Below, one piece after another: positions 18,908 to 29,712 of a stretch of DNA of 64,000 nt (position 1 is the stretch's first letter; every line of letters begins with the position of its first letter). Below the pieces are notes generated by a model. The model was not told where the DNA came from. It worked only from the letters and a program-made list of their open reading frames with translations, and searched no databases. Location: positions 68,913 through 132,912 of the forward strand of contig JBMORA010000025.1 in assembly GCA_049320885.1 (NCBI GenBank). Reading direction: 5' to 3'. A program made the translations under genes and the position numbers. This DNA comes from Thermodesulfobacteriota bacterium. Lineage in GTDB: Bacteria > Desulfobacterota > Desulfobacteria > Desulfobacterales > SURF-7.

Positions 18908-21900
18908 ATGATGTATATTGATCTTGTTCTGAATCTGTCGTTGCTGGTTGCGTTGAGCAGCGTTTCCGGTTTCATCGAGAAACGCCTGCCGCGACGCCCC
19001 TTGGCCAGCCAACTGATGCAGGGCCTGCTTTTTGGAGGAGCCGCCGTGCTGGGTATGTTGCGGCCACTGCATCTCGAGCCTGGCTTGATCTTAGACGGCC
19101 GGTCCGTCATGGTGAGTCTTTGCGCCATGATTTTCGGTCCCCTGGCCGGGTCAGCGGCGGGGGCGATAACTATTTTTTGCCGTCTGCTGCTGGGCGGTAT
19201 GGGCACGCTGACCGGCGTCCTGGTGATCCTATCTTCTCTTGGAATCGGGCTGATTTTTCACTCCCGGGTTAAAACATCGGCTGAGCCGCCATCGGTTCGG
19301 ATGCTGTTCGGGTTCGGCGCGGCCGTCCATCTCGCCATGCTGGCCCTCATGCTCACCCTGCCGGGTGGGGCCGGCCCGGCTGTCCTGAAACGTATCGGCC
19401 TGCCCGTGATCTTGCTGTATCCGCTTGCGACGGTCCTCTCCGGAAAGGTGCTGGCGGATCAACTGGAAAGCGAACGTCGCCTGGCGGCGCTGCGGGAAAG
19501 TGAGAAGCTCTATCGTCTCCTGGTGGAAACAGCCAATGAAGGTATCTGGTCCATGGACGGTGACCACCACACCACTTATGTCAATCGTGCCATGGCGGCC
19601 ATGCTGGGCTACACACCTGAGGAAATGCTCGGGAAACCGGTCGAGGCCTTCTTCTTCTCGGAAGACATGGCGTTTCATGAACAGCGGATGCAGCAACGCC
19701 ATGCGGGTGCGGATGAGATCTATGAACGCCGCTTCAGACGCCGGGACGGAAGCCCTCTATGGACCATGGTCGCAGCCAAGGCCCGGCAGGACCCTGACGG
19801 ACGTTTTGCCGGATCATTCGCCATGTTCACCGATATAACCGCGCACAAGACGGCCGAAGAAAGCCTTAAAGCCGGACGGGCGGAACTGCATGCCCTGCTC
19901 GACGCCGTCAAGGAATCCGTTTTCCTAATGGAAACGGACGGCACCATCGTGGCCCTGAACCAAACCACCGCCGTGCGGCTGGGCTCCAATGCCGAGGACA
20001 TGATCGGACAAAACATGTTCGATATCCTGCCGCCGGATGTCGCAAGAAGAAGACGGGCCTACGTGGAACAGGTTATCGCCGATGGCAAACCGGTGCGCTT
20101 CGAGGATCAACGCAATGGGATGTGGATTGACAATTCCATCTATCCGGTTACGGACGAATCCGGCCGGGTGATGCGCCTTGCGATTTATGGTCATGATATC
20201 ACCGAGCGTAAAATGTCAGAACAGGCGCTCATGGAAAGCAAACGCTTGTTGGACGCCACTCAGCAGCTAGCCAAAATCGGCGGCTGGGAATGGGACACGG
20301 AACGACGAACCATGACCTGGACCGACGAAACCTATCGCATTCACGATCTCGCGCCCGGCCGCTTCCAGCCCGGCGCGCCGGAACACATCCAGCGTAGTCT
20401 TGAATGCTATGATGCGGCAGACCGACCGATGATCGATGAAGCCTTCCGGCTCTGTGTCGAGGAAGGGCGTGCCTACAACCTGGAATTACCGTTCACCGAT
20501 GCCAGTGGACGACGGATATGGATCCAGACATCGGCCCGCCCCGTCATGAAAGATCGACGGGTGGTCAAAGTGATCGGCAATCTCATGGATATCACCGAAC
20601 GCAAGAATGCCGAGAGGGAGTTGCGGGAAAGCGAGCACAAATTTTCCAGAATATTCAAGTCCAATGCCGCGTTGATGGCCATCAGCACCCTGCAGGAGGG
20701 CCGATTCATAGATGTGAACGACGAATTTTTACGGGTACTGGGTTTTGGTTATGATGAAGTAGTCGGAAAATCATCGCTCGAGCTGGGCTTTTTTGCACAC
20801 ACCGCGCAACGGACAACCTTGGTCGATCTGATCCGGGAGAAAGAGCAGCTCCACAACATCGAGATCGATATGCGGACCCGGAGCGGCGAAATCCGGCGCG
20901 GTCTTTTTTCAGGAAGCATCATCCATCTGAAAGACCAGGAATGCTGGCTGACGGTTTTGAAAGACATCACCGCGCGCATGCAGGCAGAGGAATCCCTGCG
21001 CCTGAGCGAAAAAACACACCGCGCGCTGATTCAGGGCATACCGGATATCGTCATGCGTTTCGACCAGCAGGGCCGCCACCTGTTCGTCTCTGAAAACGTA
21101 ATGAAACTGACCGGCATCCAGGCCGCCGCCTTTATCGGCAAAACCCATCGCGAGCTAGGCTTCCCGGAAGAGCAATCCCGTTACTGGGAAGATTGCATCC
21201 GGAAAGTGTTCCGCGACGGCGAAATGGTTGAAACCGAATTCACCTACGAAGGCATCAACGGGCAATCGGTTTTCAACTGGCGGCTCATTCCTGAATTCGA
21301 CACATCGGAAAAGGTCAGCTCGGTTCTTTCCCTGAGCCGGGATATCACCCTGCATCGCCGGGCCGAGCAGAATTATGAAACCCTTTTCCGGGAAATGATG
21401 GACGGATTCGCCCTGCACGAAATCATCCATGACAGCCAGAACCGTCCCGCGGACTATCGCTTTCTGGCGGTAAATCCAGCGTTTGAACGCCTGACCGGTC
21501 TTGCGGCCCGGGAAATTGTCGGCAAGACTGTCCTGGAAATCATGCCCGAAACCGAACGGCATTGGATCGATATTTACGGACAGGTGGCCATGACCGGCGA
21601 ATCGATCTTTTTTGAAAATTATTCAAAGGTATTGAATAAATATTTCGAAGTCTCCGCCTTCCGGCCCGGTCCCGACCAGTTCGCCTGTATCTTTGCCGAC
21701 ATCACCGACCGCAAGGCGATACAGGAGCAGCGTGAGCGTCAACTGACCTTTTCACGGGCGTTAAATAAGATCTCGGAATTCACCATCGCCAACGACAACC
21801 CGGACGCCATCCTGGAAATCAGCAACCGCATCATCGGCGAGGCATTGTGTGCCGACAGAATGCTGATTTATGATATCTCCTTTGCGGAAAACCGGATCAC

Positions 21901-23824
21901 CGCCCTGTGCGAATGGCTCGGGCAACCGCACCGGGAAATAGCCGCCACCAAAGGGGAATATACCTCGCTGGAGATGTTCCGGGAAGCCTTCGAGGAAATC
22001 CGTGATACAAAACGGTACCTCGAAAGCCATGTCGACGCGGTGAATGCTCATTTCCTGGAGAACGGTTCGGATCGCATCCTGCACGACCAACTCCATATCA
22101 AGAGCCTGATCTGGTATCCTTTTGCCTTTGACGACCATGGATACTATCTCTTCACCATCAACCGCATCTTGCAACGGAAAATATGGAACAAGGATGAACT
22201 CGATTTCCTCCGCTCGGTCGCCAACCTGGTTACGATAGCACTGATGAAAATTCGCATGCTTGGAGAGCGCAGGCGGGTCGAGGAAGAACTGGCCAAGCAG
22301 AAAAATCAGCTGCAAAAAATCTTTGAAATCCTGCCCATCGGGCTTTGGATCGCCGACAAGCACGGCAACCTGCTGCGCGGCAATGCCATGGGAGTGAAAA
22401 TCTGGGGTGCCGAACCGCATGTTTCCATTTCCGAATACGGCATTTTCAAGGCCTGGCGACTGCCTTCCCGGGAACCGATCGCGGGGGATGACTGGGCCCT
22501 GGCAAAAACCATCCGCGACGGCGTCACCATCATGGACGAACTCCTGGAAATCGAAGCCTTTGACGGCAAAAGAAAAACCATCCTGAATTATACAGCGCCG
22601 GTGCTGGATGCCGACGGCGGTATCGCCGGTGCCATCGTGCTCAACCTGGATATCAGCGATCGCAAGGCTTTGGAAAACCAGCTGCTCCAGTCCCAGAAGA
22701 TGGAATCCGTGGGCCGTCTGGCCGGGGGCGTGGCCCATGATTTCAACAACATGCTCATGATCATCATCGGCAACGCCGAAATGGCCCTGGATGAAACCGA
22801 GCCGTCCGCCCCCCTTGCCGCGCACCTGCAGGAAATCATGGCCAGCGCCCGGCGCTCGGCCGACCTCACCCGCCAGCTCCTGGCCTTTGCCCGCAAGCAG
22901 ACCGTCAGCCCCCGGGTGCTGGACCTGAACGAGGTCGTCTCCGGCATGATCAAGATGCTCCAGCGCCTCATCGGCGAGGACATCGACCTGGTCTGGAAAC
23001 CCTCCTCCCGGCTCTGGCCGGTCAACATGGACCCCTCCCAGATCGACCAGATCCTGGTCAACCTGGCGGTCAACGCCCGGGACGCCATCACCGGTGTGGG
23101 CAACCTGACCATTGAAACCGAAAACGCCGTCTTTGACGAAACCGATTGCATGGCCCATGCAGGTCTCATTCCCGGCGAATACGTGCGGCTTTCGGTGAGC
23201 GACACCGGCTGCGGCATGGGGCAGGAAACCATCGAACATCTTTTCGAGCCGTTTTACACCACCAAGGAGGTCGGCAAGGGGACGGGGCTGGGGCTGGCCA
23301 CGGTGTACGGAATCGTCCGGCAGAACGACGGGTTCATTCATGTCCACAGCGAACCGGGACACGGCACGACCTTTAAAATCCACATCCCCAGAACCCAGGC
23401 CGCCGCGGAGACGGCGCCCCAGGAAAGCGGCCGGAAACCGGCCGGCGGCACGGAAACGGTGCTGCTGGTGGAAGACGAGCCGGCGATCCTGAAACTGGCC
23501 CAGGCGATTCTGGAGCGCTACGGTTACACGGTGCTCGCGGCCCGCACGCCCCGGGAAGCAAGGGAGATCGCCGGCAGCCACCCGGATCCGATTCACCTGC
23601 TGATCACCGACGTGGTCATGCCCCAGATGAACGGCCGGGATTTGCTGGAAAGCATCGCGACCCTCCGGCCGGAAATCAGGGTCCTCTTCATGTCCGGGTA
23701 TACGGCCGACGTCATCGCCCACCACGGAGTCCTGGACGAGGGGATTCACTTTCTGCAAAAACCCTTCTCCGTCCGGACCCTCTCCGCCAAAGTCCGCGAC
23801 GTCTTGAACGGAAAAGACGCCTGA
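18908..23824 (+). CDS. Hybrid sensor histidine kinase (LytS-type 5TM input, about 7 PAS, GAF, HisKA, HATPase, REC)
   Basis: N-terminal GLILDGRSV..LCAMIFGP 5TM-LYT pattern, PAS repeats, GAF (ADRMLIY), same kinase/REC block as upstream gene. Confidence 0.92.
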   Translation: MMYIDLVLNLSLLVALSSVSGFIEKRLPRRPLASQLMQGLLFGGAAVLGMLRPLHLEPGLILDGRSVMVSLCAMIFGPLAGSAAGAITIFCRLLLGGMGTLTGVLVILSSLGIGLIFHSRVKTSAEPPSVRMLFGFGAAVHLAMLALMLTLPGGAGPAVLKRIGLPVILLYPLATVLSGKVLADQLESERRLAALRESEKLYRLLVETANEGIWSMDGDHHTTYVNRAMAAMLGYTPEEMLGKPVEAFFFSEDMAFHEQRMQQRHAGADEIYERRFRRRDGSPLWTMVAAKARQDPDGRFAGSFAMFTDITAHKTAEESLKAGRAELHALLDAVKESVFLMETDGTIVALNQTTAVRLGSNAEDMIGQNMFDILPPDVARRRRAYVEQVIADGKPVRFEDQRNGMWIDNSIYPVTDESGRVMRLAIYGHDITERKMSEQALMESKRLLDATQQLAKIGGWEWDTERRTMTWTDETYRIHDLAPGRFQPGAPEHIQRSLECYDAADRPMIDEAFRLCVEEGRAYNLELPFTDASGRRIWIQTSARPVMKDRRVVKVIGNLMDITERKNAERELRESEHKFSRIFKSNAALMAISTLQEGRFIDVNDEFLRVLGFGYDEVVGKSSLELGFFAHTAQRTTLVDLIREKEQLHNIEIDMRTRSGEIRRGLFSGSIIHLKDQECWLTVLKDITARMQAEESLRLSEKTHRALIQGIPDIVMRFDQQGRHLFVSENVMKLTGIQAAAFIGKTHRELGFPEEQSRYWEDCIRKVFRDGEMVETEFTYEGINGQSVFNWRLIPEFDTSEKVSSVLSLSRDITLHRRAEQNYETLFREMMDGFALHEIIHDSQNRPADYRFLAVNPAFERLTGLAAREIVGKTVLEIMPETERHWIDIYGQVAMTGESIFFENYSKVLNKYFEVSAFRPGPDQFACIFADITDRKAIQEQRERQLTFSRALNKISEFTIANDNPDAILEISNRIIGEALCADRMLIYDISFAENRITALCEWLGQPHREIAATKGEYTSLEMFREAFEEIRDTKRYLESHVDAVNAHFLENGSDRILHDQLHIKSLIWYPFAFDDHGYYLFTINRILQRKIWNKDELDFLRSVANLVTIALMKIRMLGERRRVEEELAKQKNQLQKIFEILPIGLWIADKHGNLLRGNAMGVKIWGAEPHVSISEYGIFKAWRLPSREPIAGDDWALAKTIRDGVTIMDELLEIEAFDGKRKTILNYTAPVLDADGGIAGAIVLNLDISDRKALENQLLQSQKMESVGRLAGGVAHDFNNMLMIIIGNAEMALDETEPSAPLAAHLQEIMASARRSADLTRQLLAFARKQTVSPRVLDLNEVVSGMIKMLQRLIGEDIDLVWKPSSRLWPVNMDPSQIDQILVNLAVNARDAITGVGNLTIETENAVFDETDCMAHAGLIPGEYVRLSVSDTGCGMGQETIEHLFEPFYTTKEVGKGTGLGLATVYGIVRQNDGFIHVHSEPGHGTTFKIHIPRTQAAAETAPQESGRKPAGGTETVLLVEDEPAILKLAQAILERYGYTVLAARTPREAREIAGSHPDPIHLLITDVVMPQMNGRDLLESIATLRPEIRVLFMSGYTADVIAHHGVLDEGIHFLQKPFSVRTLSAKVRDVLNGKDA
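22678..23787 (+). repeat. 1110-bp direct repeat, copy 2
   Basis: Matches 17711..18820 at offset 4967. Confidence 0.93.
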
Positions 23825-23871
23825 TCCGGTGCGTATTGACCATGAAGCCGGTTTGGGGTAGAAACAACCAT

Positions 23872-25323
23872 ATGGTTTCAAAATGGCTCCCGATCTCCAT
23901 TATGCTGCTGGTGCATGCCGCAGCGGCCGCGGTCTTTTCTCCGGCGGCGGCATCCGCCGTCACAAAATCCGCGCAATCATGGAAAGGTGATTTCGACGCC
24001 CTCCTGGAACGCCGCGCCATCCGGTTGCTGGTGCCCTACAACCAGACCTTCTATTATAATGACAGGGGCCGGGAGCAAGGCCTTATCACCGAGATCTCCC
24101 GGCATTTCGAACGCTTCATCAACCGGAAACATGCAAAAAAACTCGGCGGGCGCCGGATTTCAGTGGTCCTGCTGCCCATCAGCCGTGATCGGTTGCTGCC
24201 GGCGCTTGTCACTGGCCTCGGGGATATCGCCGCCGGATACTTCACCATCACGGACGAACCTTTCCCATTGAACGACCATGTATCCTTGGTGCCGATGAGA
24301 ACGGTTGCGGAAGTGGTCCTGACCGGACCGGGAGCGAAACCGGTTACCGGGCTCGAGGAGCTTGCCGGCAGGCGCCTCCATGTTCGCAAATCCTCGGGCG
24401 CTTATGAGAGTCTATCCCAACTCAACCGGCGCTTTCAGCTGGAAGGGAGGCCGTTAACGAGGCTGATCCCGGTGCCTGCGGCATTGGAGGATGAGGATAT
24501 GATGGAAATGCTGAATGCCGGTATGCTGGAAACCATCGTGGTGGATGACTGGAAGGCGGACATTTGGCGGAAAATTTTCCCCGGCGTGATCGTCAACAAG
24601 CGGGCGGCCGTCCAGACCGGCATCCGCAAAGGCTGGGCGATCCGGAAAAACAGTCCCGGATTGTCGGAAGAGTTGAACGACTTCTTTCAATATATGCTTC
24701 AGCATCAGGAAGAAATCGAATATCCGGTGGTCAAACACAACCGGCGTTCCCGCCGGATTTGTAATCCCATCGGCCGGAAGGAATGGCAACGCTTCAACGA
24801 TATGTGGACGTTGTTCCGACGCTACGGCGATCAGTACGGCTTCGACCCGCTGATGCTGGCGGCCCTGGGATTTCAGGAATCGCGGCTGGAACAAAGCGCC
24901 CGTGGATCACACGGCGCCGTGGGCGTCATGCAGCTCCTTCCGGCCACCGGCAAGGCCATGGGCGCGGGAAACGTCGCCGCTCTGGAGCCGAATATAAAAG
25001 CCGGCGCCAAATACATGCACTACCTTCAGAAACAATATTTCCGGGAAACCGGTCTCCGGGAACCGCACCGGACCCTGTTCACCTTCGCCGCATACAACGC
25101 CGGTCCGGGGCGCATCGCCAAAATCCGGCAAGAAGCCGCCGGCCAGGGCCTGGATCCCGATCAATGGTTCAATCATGTGGAAATGGCGGCGGCCCGGAAA
25201 ATCGGCCTGTATACCGCCATCTATGTGCGCAATATCTACAAATACTACGTGGCGTACAAACTGGCGCTCGAAGCCGCGGATGAAAAGCCCACCGCCGGCG
25301 CGAAACCCGCAGCGAACCGATAG
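23872..25323 (+). CDS. MltF-like lytic transglycosylase (substrate-binding-like domain + SLT domain)
   Basis: Signal peptide; GFQESRL, GAVGVMQL, AAYNAGPG. Confidence 0.85.
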   Translation: MVSKWLPISIMLLVHAAAAAVFSPAAASAVTKSAQSWKGDFDALLERRAIRLLVPYNQTFYYNDRGREQGLITEISRHFERFINRKHAKKLGGRRISVVLLPISRDRLLPALVTGLGDIAAGYFTITDEPFPLNDHVSLVPMRTVAEVVLTGPGAKPVTGLEELAGRRLHVRKSSGAYESLSQLNRRFQLEGRPLTRLIPVPAALEDEDMMEMLNAGMLETIVVDDWKADIWRKIFPGVIVNKRAAVQTGIRKGWAIRKNSPGLSEELNDFFQYMLQHQEEIEYPVVKHNRRSRRICNPIGRKEWQRFNDMWTLFRRYGDQYGFDPLMLAALGFQESRLEQSARGSHGAVGVMQLLPATGKAMGAGNVAALEPNIKAGAKYMHYLQKQYFRETGLREPHRTLFTFAAYNAGPGRIAKIRQEAAGQGLDPDQWFNHVEMAAARKIGLYTAIYVRNIYKYYVAYKLALEAADEKPTAGAKPAANR

Positions 25324-25420
25324 ACCCTTGCAGGGAAGGGCTTGACAAGCCGAATCCGTTGTCCGTAGGATGGACCGGAAATCGAAGGATGGAACGCCAA
25401 CCGCCCTTGGGAAGGATGCC

Positions 25421-26239
25421 ATGAAGAAAACCGCAAGACAAGCCGCTTATGTCCATGGATACGACGTCACCGAAAGCATCCGCCTTACGGACCAGGCCTT
25501 CACGCTGGCGGATCTGCTGCATTCCGACACCGCTTATCCGGTGGGCAGCCTGGTGCTGGAGGCCGGCTGCGGAGTGGGGGCGCAAACCGTCACCCTGGCG
25601 GCCAACAGCCCGGATGCGAGGATCATTTCGGTGGATATCTCCGAGAATTCGATTGCCGAAGCCAGGGCGAAAGTCACGGCGGCCGGATTCACCAATGTTC
25701 ATTTTCAGCAGGGGGATATTGTTGATCTTCCGTTCGAACCCCGGAGCTTTGATCACATCTTTGTCTGTTTCGTGCTGGAGCATCTGGCCCGGCCCGTCGA
25801 AGCCCTGCTCGCCCTGAAAAAACTGCTCAAAAACGGCGGCACCATCACCGTGATCGAGGGGGATCACGGCTCGGCCTGTTTTTATCCGGACAATCCCGCG
25901 GCCCGCCGGGTCATCCAGTGCCAGGTCGCCTTGCAGAAAACCGCTGGCGGCAACGCCAATATCGGCCGGGAGCTCTATCCCCTGCTGACCACCGCCGGAT
26001 TCGATTCCGTGCGGGTTTCACCCCGCATGGTTTACGTCGACGCCAGCAAACCGCAGCTGGTGGACGGCTTCACCCGCAAGACCTTCACGGCGATGATCGC
26101 GGGGGTGCGCGACGCTGCGCTCGCGGCGGGCCTCATTGACCAAGAAGCCTTCGACGAAGGCATCCGTGGTCTCCAGCGGTCCGCGGAAGCAGACGGGGTT
26201 TTCTGCTATACGTTTTTCAAGGCCTTCGGTACGGCGTGA
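25421..26239 (+). CDS. Class I SAM-dependent methyltransferase
   Basis: VLEAGCGVG, SVDIS, FDHIFVCFVLEH. Confidence 0.88.
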   Translation: MKKTARQAAYVHGYDVTESIRLTDQAFTLADLLHSDTAYPVGSLVLEAGCGVGAQTVTLAANSPDARIISVDISENSIAEARAKVTAAGFTNVHFQQGDIVDLPFEPRSFDHIFVCFVLEHLARPVEALLALKKLLKNGGTITVIEGDHGSACFYPDNPAARRVIQCQVALQKTAGGNANIGRELYPLLTTAGFDSVRVSPRMVYVDASKPQLVDGFTRKTFTAMIAGVRDAALAAGLIDQEAFDEGIRGLQRSAEADGVFCYTFFKAFGTA

Positions 26240-26265
26240 GTTTGCCCTGAAAATCCGCCCCAACG

Positions 26266-27345
26266 TCATGCGCGCCTCTTCCGACGCCTGTAAACGGCAA
26301 ATCCCGAAGCCGAGGCCGCGGACACGATACCGATGGCCAGGGCCATCCTCCACATTACCGCCCGTGAAAAAGGTTCTTTTTCAGCCGCCGCCTGGACGGC
26401 CAGCCACTTGTGGACATCCGCGGCGCTCTGCTCCGGGATTTCCATCTGGGGCACATGGCCGACCCCGGAATAGATGATGGCGTGAATCTCCGGCAGATCC
26501 CGGCACCACTGCTCGACCTGGGACACCGGAATCCAGTGGTCTTTTTCCCCCCACAGCAACAGGGTCGGAACCTTGATCCCGGAAATGCGGGCGCTGAAAG
26601 CCGGGTCATTGTTCAAGGCCGTCAGGACGTCCATGATCACCGGCAGGGCTTCCCGGTTGCCGGGCCGCAGACTCAGTTCATAGAAGCGGTCCACCAGGTC
26701 ATCGGTCAGTTTCCGGTGGTCCCCCAGAACCTGTTTCACGCTCATGCGGAAGATGAAACGCGGCGTCATCCAAAGGACCGCGTCCCGGATCACCGGTATG
26801 GCTGCAAGCCTAAGCGGATAAGGGATATCGAGGGGATATCCGGCCGGATCGATGAGGATCATGGCCGCCACCTTGTCGGGGAATTCCAGGGCGTAATTCC
26901 AGGCAATGGCCCCACCCAGGGAATTGCCCGCCAGGGTGAAACGGGAAAGCCCCAGGGACGTGACGAACCGGTCCAGGAACCGAACATAGGCCTCCCGGGA
27001 ATAGTCCCCCCGGGCAAACGGTCCCGTCAAACCGAAACCCGGCAGGTCCAGGCGGATGATGCGGCAGCGGTCGCCGATTTCATGCACCCAGCCGTCCCAG
27101 GTGTGCAGGGAATCCATGATGCCGTGCAGGGCCACGATCACCGGCCCGCTCCCCTCGTCGCAATAATGGACCTCCGTCCCATCGATCCGGATATAACGGG
27201 ACTGGGGTTTTTCATATTTTTCCTGCAACGCCGCAAGCGGAATTTCAAAGAGCCCCAGATCATCCGCAAAAAAATAGGTCAGGGAACCGATCCCGGCGAT
27301 GATCAGGCCGGCAATAATGAAAACCCTCGCTTTTGTCATGCTCAT
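26266..27345 (-). CDS. Membrane-anchored alpha/beta hydrolase
   Basis: LHGI, DLPGFG, GNSLGG nucleophile elbow, WGEKD, GHVPQME. Confidence 0.88.
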   Translation of the reverse strand: MSMTKARVFIIAGLIIAGIGSLTYFFADDLGLFEIPLAALQEKYEKPQSRYIRIDGTEVHYCDEGSGPVIVALHGIMDSLHTWDGWVHEIGDRCRIIRLDLPGFGLTGPFARGDYSREAYVRFLDRFVTSLGLSRFTLAGNSLGGAIAWNYALEFPDKVAAMILIDPAGYPLDIPYPLRLAAIPVIRDAVLWMTPRFIFRMSVKQVLGDHRKLTDDLVDRFYELSLRPGNREALPVIMDVLTALNNDPAFSARISGIKVPTLLLWGEKDHWIPVSQVEQWCRDLPEIHAIIYSGVGHVPQMEIPEQSAADVHKWLAVQAAAEKEPFSRAVMWRMALAIGIVSAASASGFAVYRRRKRRA

Positions 27346-27502
27346 CCGCCCTTTCGTTCCGATCCTGTCCTTGCCCGCCATCCCGACACCATGTCCTGTA
27401 ATTCATCTGTTTACGGCAGAGGTCGTTTGGACTATTATCAGGTTTTCCAGCGTTTGGCAAAGAGGACGCAATCGGCAACGCGCATCTTCAGGAGGGGAAG
27501 AA

Positions 27503-28633
27503 ATGAACAAGGAAACCCAATGCATCCACAGCGGTTCTTACCGGGACGAAGCCACCCGCGGTCTGAACACCCCGATTTTCACCTCTTCGTCTTATGAATA
27601 CCTGGATCGCGGGGAATGCCCCTATCCCCGCTATTTCAATACGCCCAACCAGGACGCCGTGGTCCGCAAACTATGCGCCCTGGAAGGCGCGGAAGACGGG
27701 ATTCTGTTCAGTTCGGGCATGGCGGCCATGAGTACGGCCATGCTAGCCGCGGCCGGCTCCGGAGACCATATCGTCATGATGGATGAGCTGTATGGCGGGA
27801 CGCACGCCTTCGCCACCGATCCATTGAAACGCATGGGCGTCCGCTGCGCATTTGCGGCCACGGATGCCGAGGATGTCATCCGGGCAGTGACGCCGGAGAC
27901 CAGGGCCATCGTCATCGAATCTCCCACCAACCCGTTGCTGAGCGTCATCGACATCCAACGGGTGGCGGCTTTCGCGCGGGATCGAGGCATCACGACCATC
28001 ATGGACAACACCTTCGCCAGCCCCATCCATCAGAACCCCATCACCCTCGGAATCGATGTGGTGGTCCACAGCGGGACCAAATACCTGGGCGGCCACAGCG
28101 ATCTGAGCTGCGGCATCGCCCTGGCGTCGCGGGAAAAAACGGAACCCATCCGCAAACTGGCCCGCCATCTGGGCGGCAACCTGGACGCCATCGCCTGCTA
28201 TCTGCTGGAGCGCAGCCTGAAAACCCTGGCCCTCCGGGTGGAACGCCAGACCCGGAACGCCCGGCGGCTTGCCATCTATCTGGCCGGGCATAAGGCCGTC
28301 CGGAAGGTCAACTATCCGGGCCTGCCGGATTTCCCGGGACACGCCACGGCCAAACGGCAGATGCGGGATTTCGGCGCCATGCTTTCCTTTGAACCGGATG
28401 AAACCATTGTTCCGGCGGACCGCCTTCTGCGGCGGCTGAAGGTGATCCGTCCGGCGGTCAGTCTCGGCGGCGTGGAGACCATCATCTGCGCGCCGGCCCA
28501 GACCTCCCATTCCAAAATGTCCGCCGAAGAACGCGCCCGGGTCGGCATTTCGGATTCCCTCCTGCGCCTGTCGGCGGGGATCGAGCACGAAGCGGATCTC
28601 ATCGCCGATCTGGACCAGGCCCTGGCCGGGTAA
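27503..28633 (+). CDS. Cys/Met metabolism PLP enzyme (cystathionine beta-lyase/gamma-synthase family)
   Basis: FSSGMAA, ESPTNP, DNTFASP, HSGTKYLGGHSD, SLGGVE. Confidence 0.9.
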   Translation: MNKETQCIHSGSYRDEATRGLNTPIFTSSSYEYLDRGECPYPRYFNTPNQDAVVRKLCALEGAEDGILFSSGMAAMSTAMLAAAGSGDHIVMMDELYGGTHAFATDPLKRMGVRCAFAATDAEDVIRAVTPETRAIVIESPTNPLLSVIDIQRVAAFARDRGITTIMDNTFASPIHQNPITLGIDVVVHSGTKYLGGHSDLSCGIALASREKTEPIRKLARHLGGNLDAIACYLLERSLKTLALRVERQTRNARRLAIYLAGHKAVRKVNYPGLPDFPGHATAKRQMRDFGAMLSFEPDETIVPADRLLRRLKVIRPAVSLGGVETIICAPAQTSHSKMSAEERARVGISDSLLRLSAGIEHEADLIADLDQALAG

Positions 28634-28737
28634 CGCAAGTGTCGTGACGAAACAGGGACGTTACCGGCGACCGCCCCTGTTCGTGATGTGCCCGAACGGG
28701 CTGAATCTTACAGGAAAAGGCGGGGCGACGATGGAAA

Positions 28738-29463
28738 TCACAGATCCGCCAGTTTGCCCTCCTTCTTCAACTCATCAAAGGCTTTTTCCAGTTTGTCCGC
28801 CACTTCCTGGGCGTTGGGCGTCTGATTGGAAACGATCAACACAATGTCGATCAGGTTGATGGAATGATTCTGTATGCCGGTCAGATTCAAAGAGGCGATG
28901 GCTTTTTCCGACGGCTTGCTGTAGTCCAGAACATAGTCCGCCCGTTTGGCCATGAGCTTTTTGAAGGCCGTGTCATGGTCGTCCGATTCATCCATTTCGA
29001 TCTTATTGGCCGGATCCTGAAGGAATTTGATGAATCCGCCGTAGCTGTATCCCCGGATCACGATGATTTTTTTCCCCTTCATTTCCTCCTTGGTCTTCAG
29101 CACCGGGGTATCCGGGCGGGTGTAAACCCGCATGTCGATTTCCGTGATTTTGGACCGGCTGTAAATAACCTTGCCCTCCAGTTCTGGCACGCCCTTGATG
29201 CCAAGAAACACGTGGGATTTGCCTTCCGCCAGGTTCTGATAGAGCCGTTTGGGCGGATACCCTTTTACGGAATAGGCCAGACCGGCCTTGTCCATGGCGG
29301 CCTTGAGAAAGTCGAGCATCATGCCGCTGGGTTCCTTGCCTTCTTCCACCAGATAGAAGGGAGCGAAATTCAGGACGCCGATTTTGATCTCCTCGGCGGC
29401 AAGGGCATTTCCGGCCGCAGTCAAAAAGGCCAGGACCGATAAAACCGTGAACAGTTTTTTCAT
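28738..29463 (-). CDS. Stand-alone family 3 substrate-binding protein
   Basis: Signal peptide MKKLFTV...ALA, FAPFY, RGYSYG, KKLMAKRADY; GGAGG RBS. Confidence 0.82.
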   Translation of the reverse strand: MKKLFTVLSVLAFLTAAGNALAAEEIKIGVLNFAPFYLVEEGKEPSGMMLDFLKAAMDKAGLAYSVKGYPPKRLYQNLAEGKSHVFLGIKGVPELEGKVIYSRSKITEIDMRVYTRPDTPVLKTKEEMKGKKIIVIRGYSYGGFIKFLQDPANKIEMDESDDHDTAFKKLMAKRADYVLDYSKPSEKAIASLNLTGIQNHSINLIDIVLIVSNQTPNAQEVADKLEKAFDELKKEGKLADL

Positions 29464-29712
29464 GGGACCTCCTTGTGGCATTTGTGTCGGGAAACGGGGA
29501 AAGCGCTTCCCGCATTGTTGCGGGAAGCAGAGACGAGATCAATCATAAAGATACTATTTCGGAGGCATATCGTCAATACACCGCCAGCGGAAATTTATGG
29601 AGTTGCGACGGTTGCCTTTTTCGCGTAAATAAGTGGTACCATGTTTTGCACGGATGGATTTTGTACTTTATTGTATCCATCAATTGATCTGAACTTCGTT
29701 TGGGGGGATTGG

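Noticed and set aside
17711..23787. Repeat pair as a diversity-generating retroelement TR/VR or as IS copies
   Set aside because: No adenine-specific mismatches, reverse transcriptase, transposase or terminal inverted repeats; the repeat is a kinase coding block.
21761..23881. 706-aa antisense ORF and similar long minus-strand ORFs (17535..18902, 7044..8537, 5038..6315)
   Set aside because: They shadow well-supported genes on the opposite strand, as expected in high-GC coding DNA, and carry no recognisable motifs.
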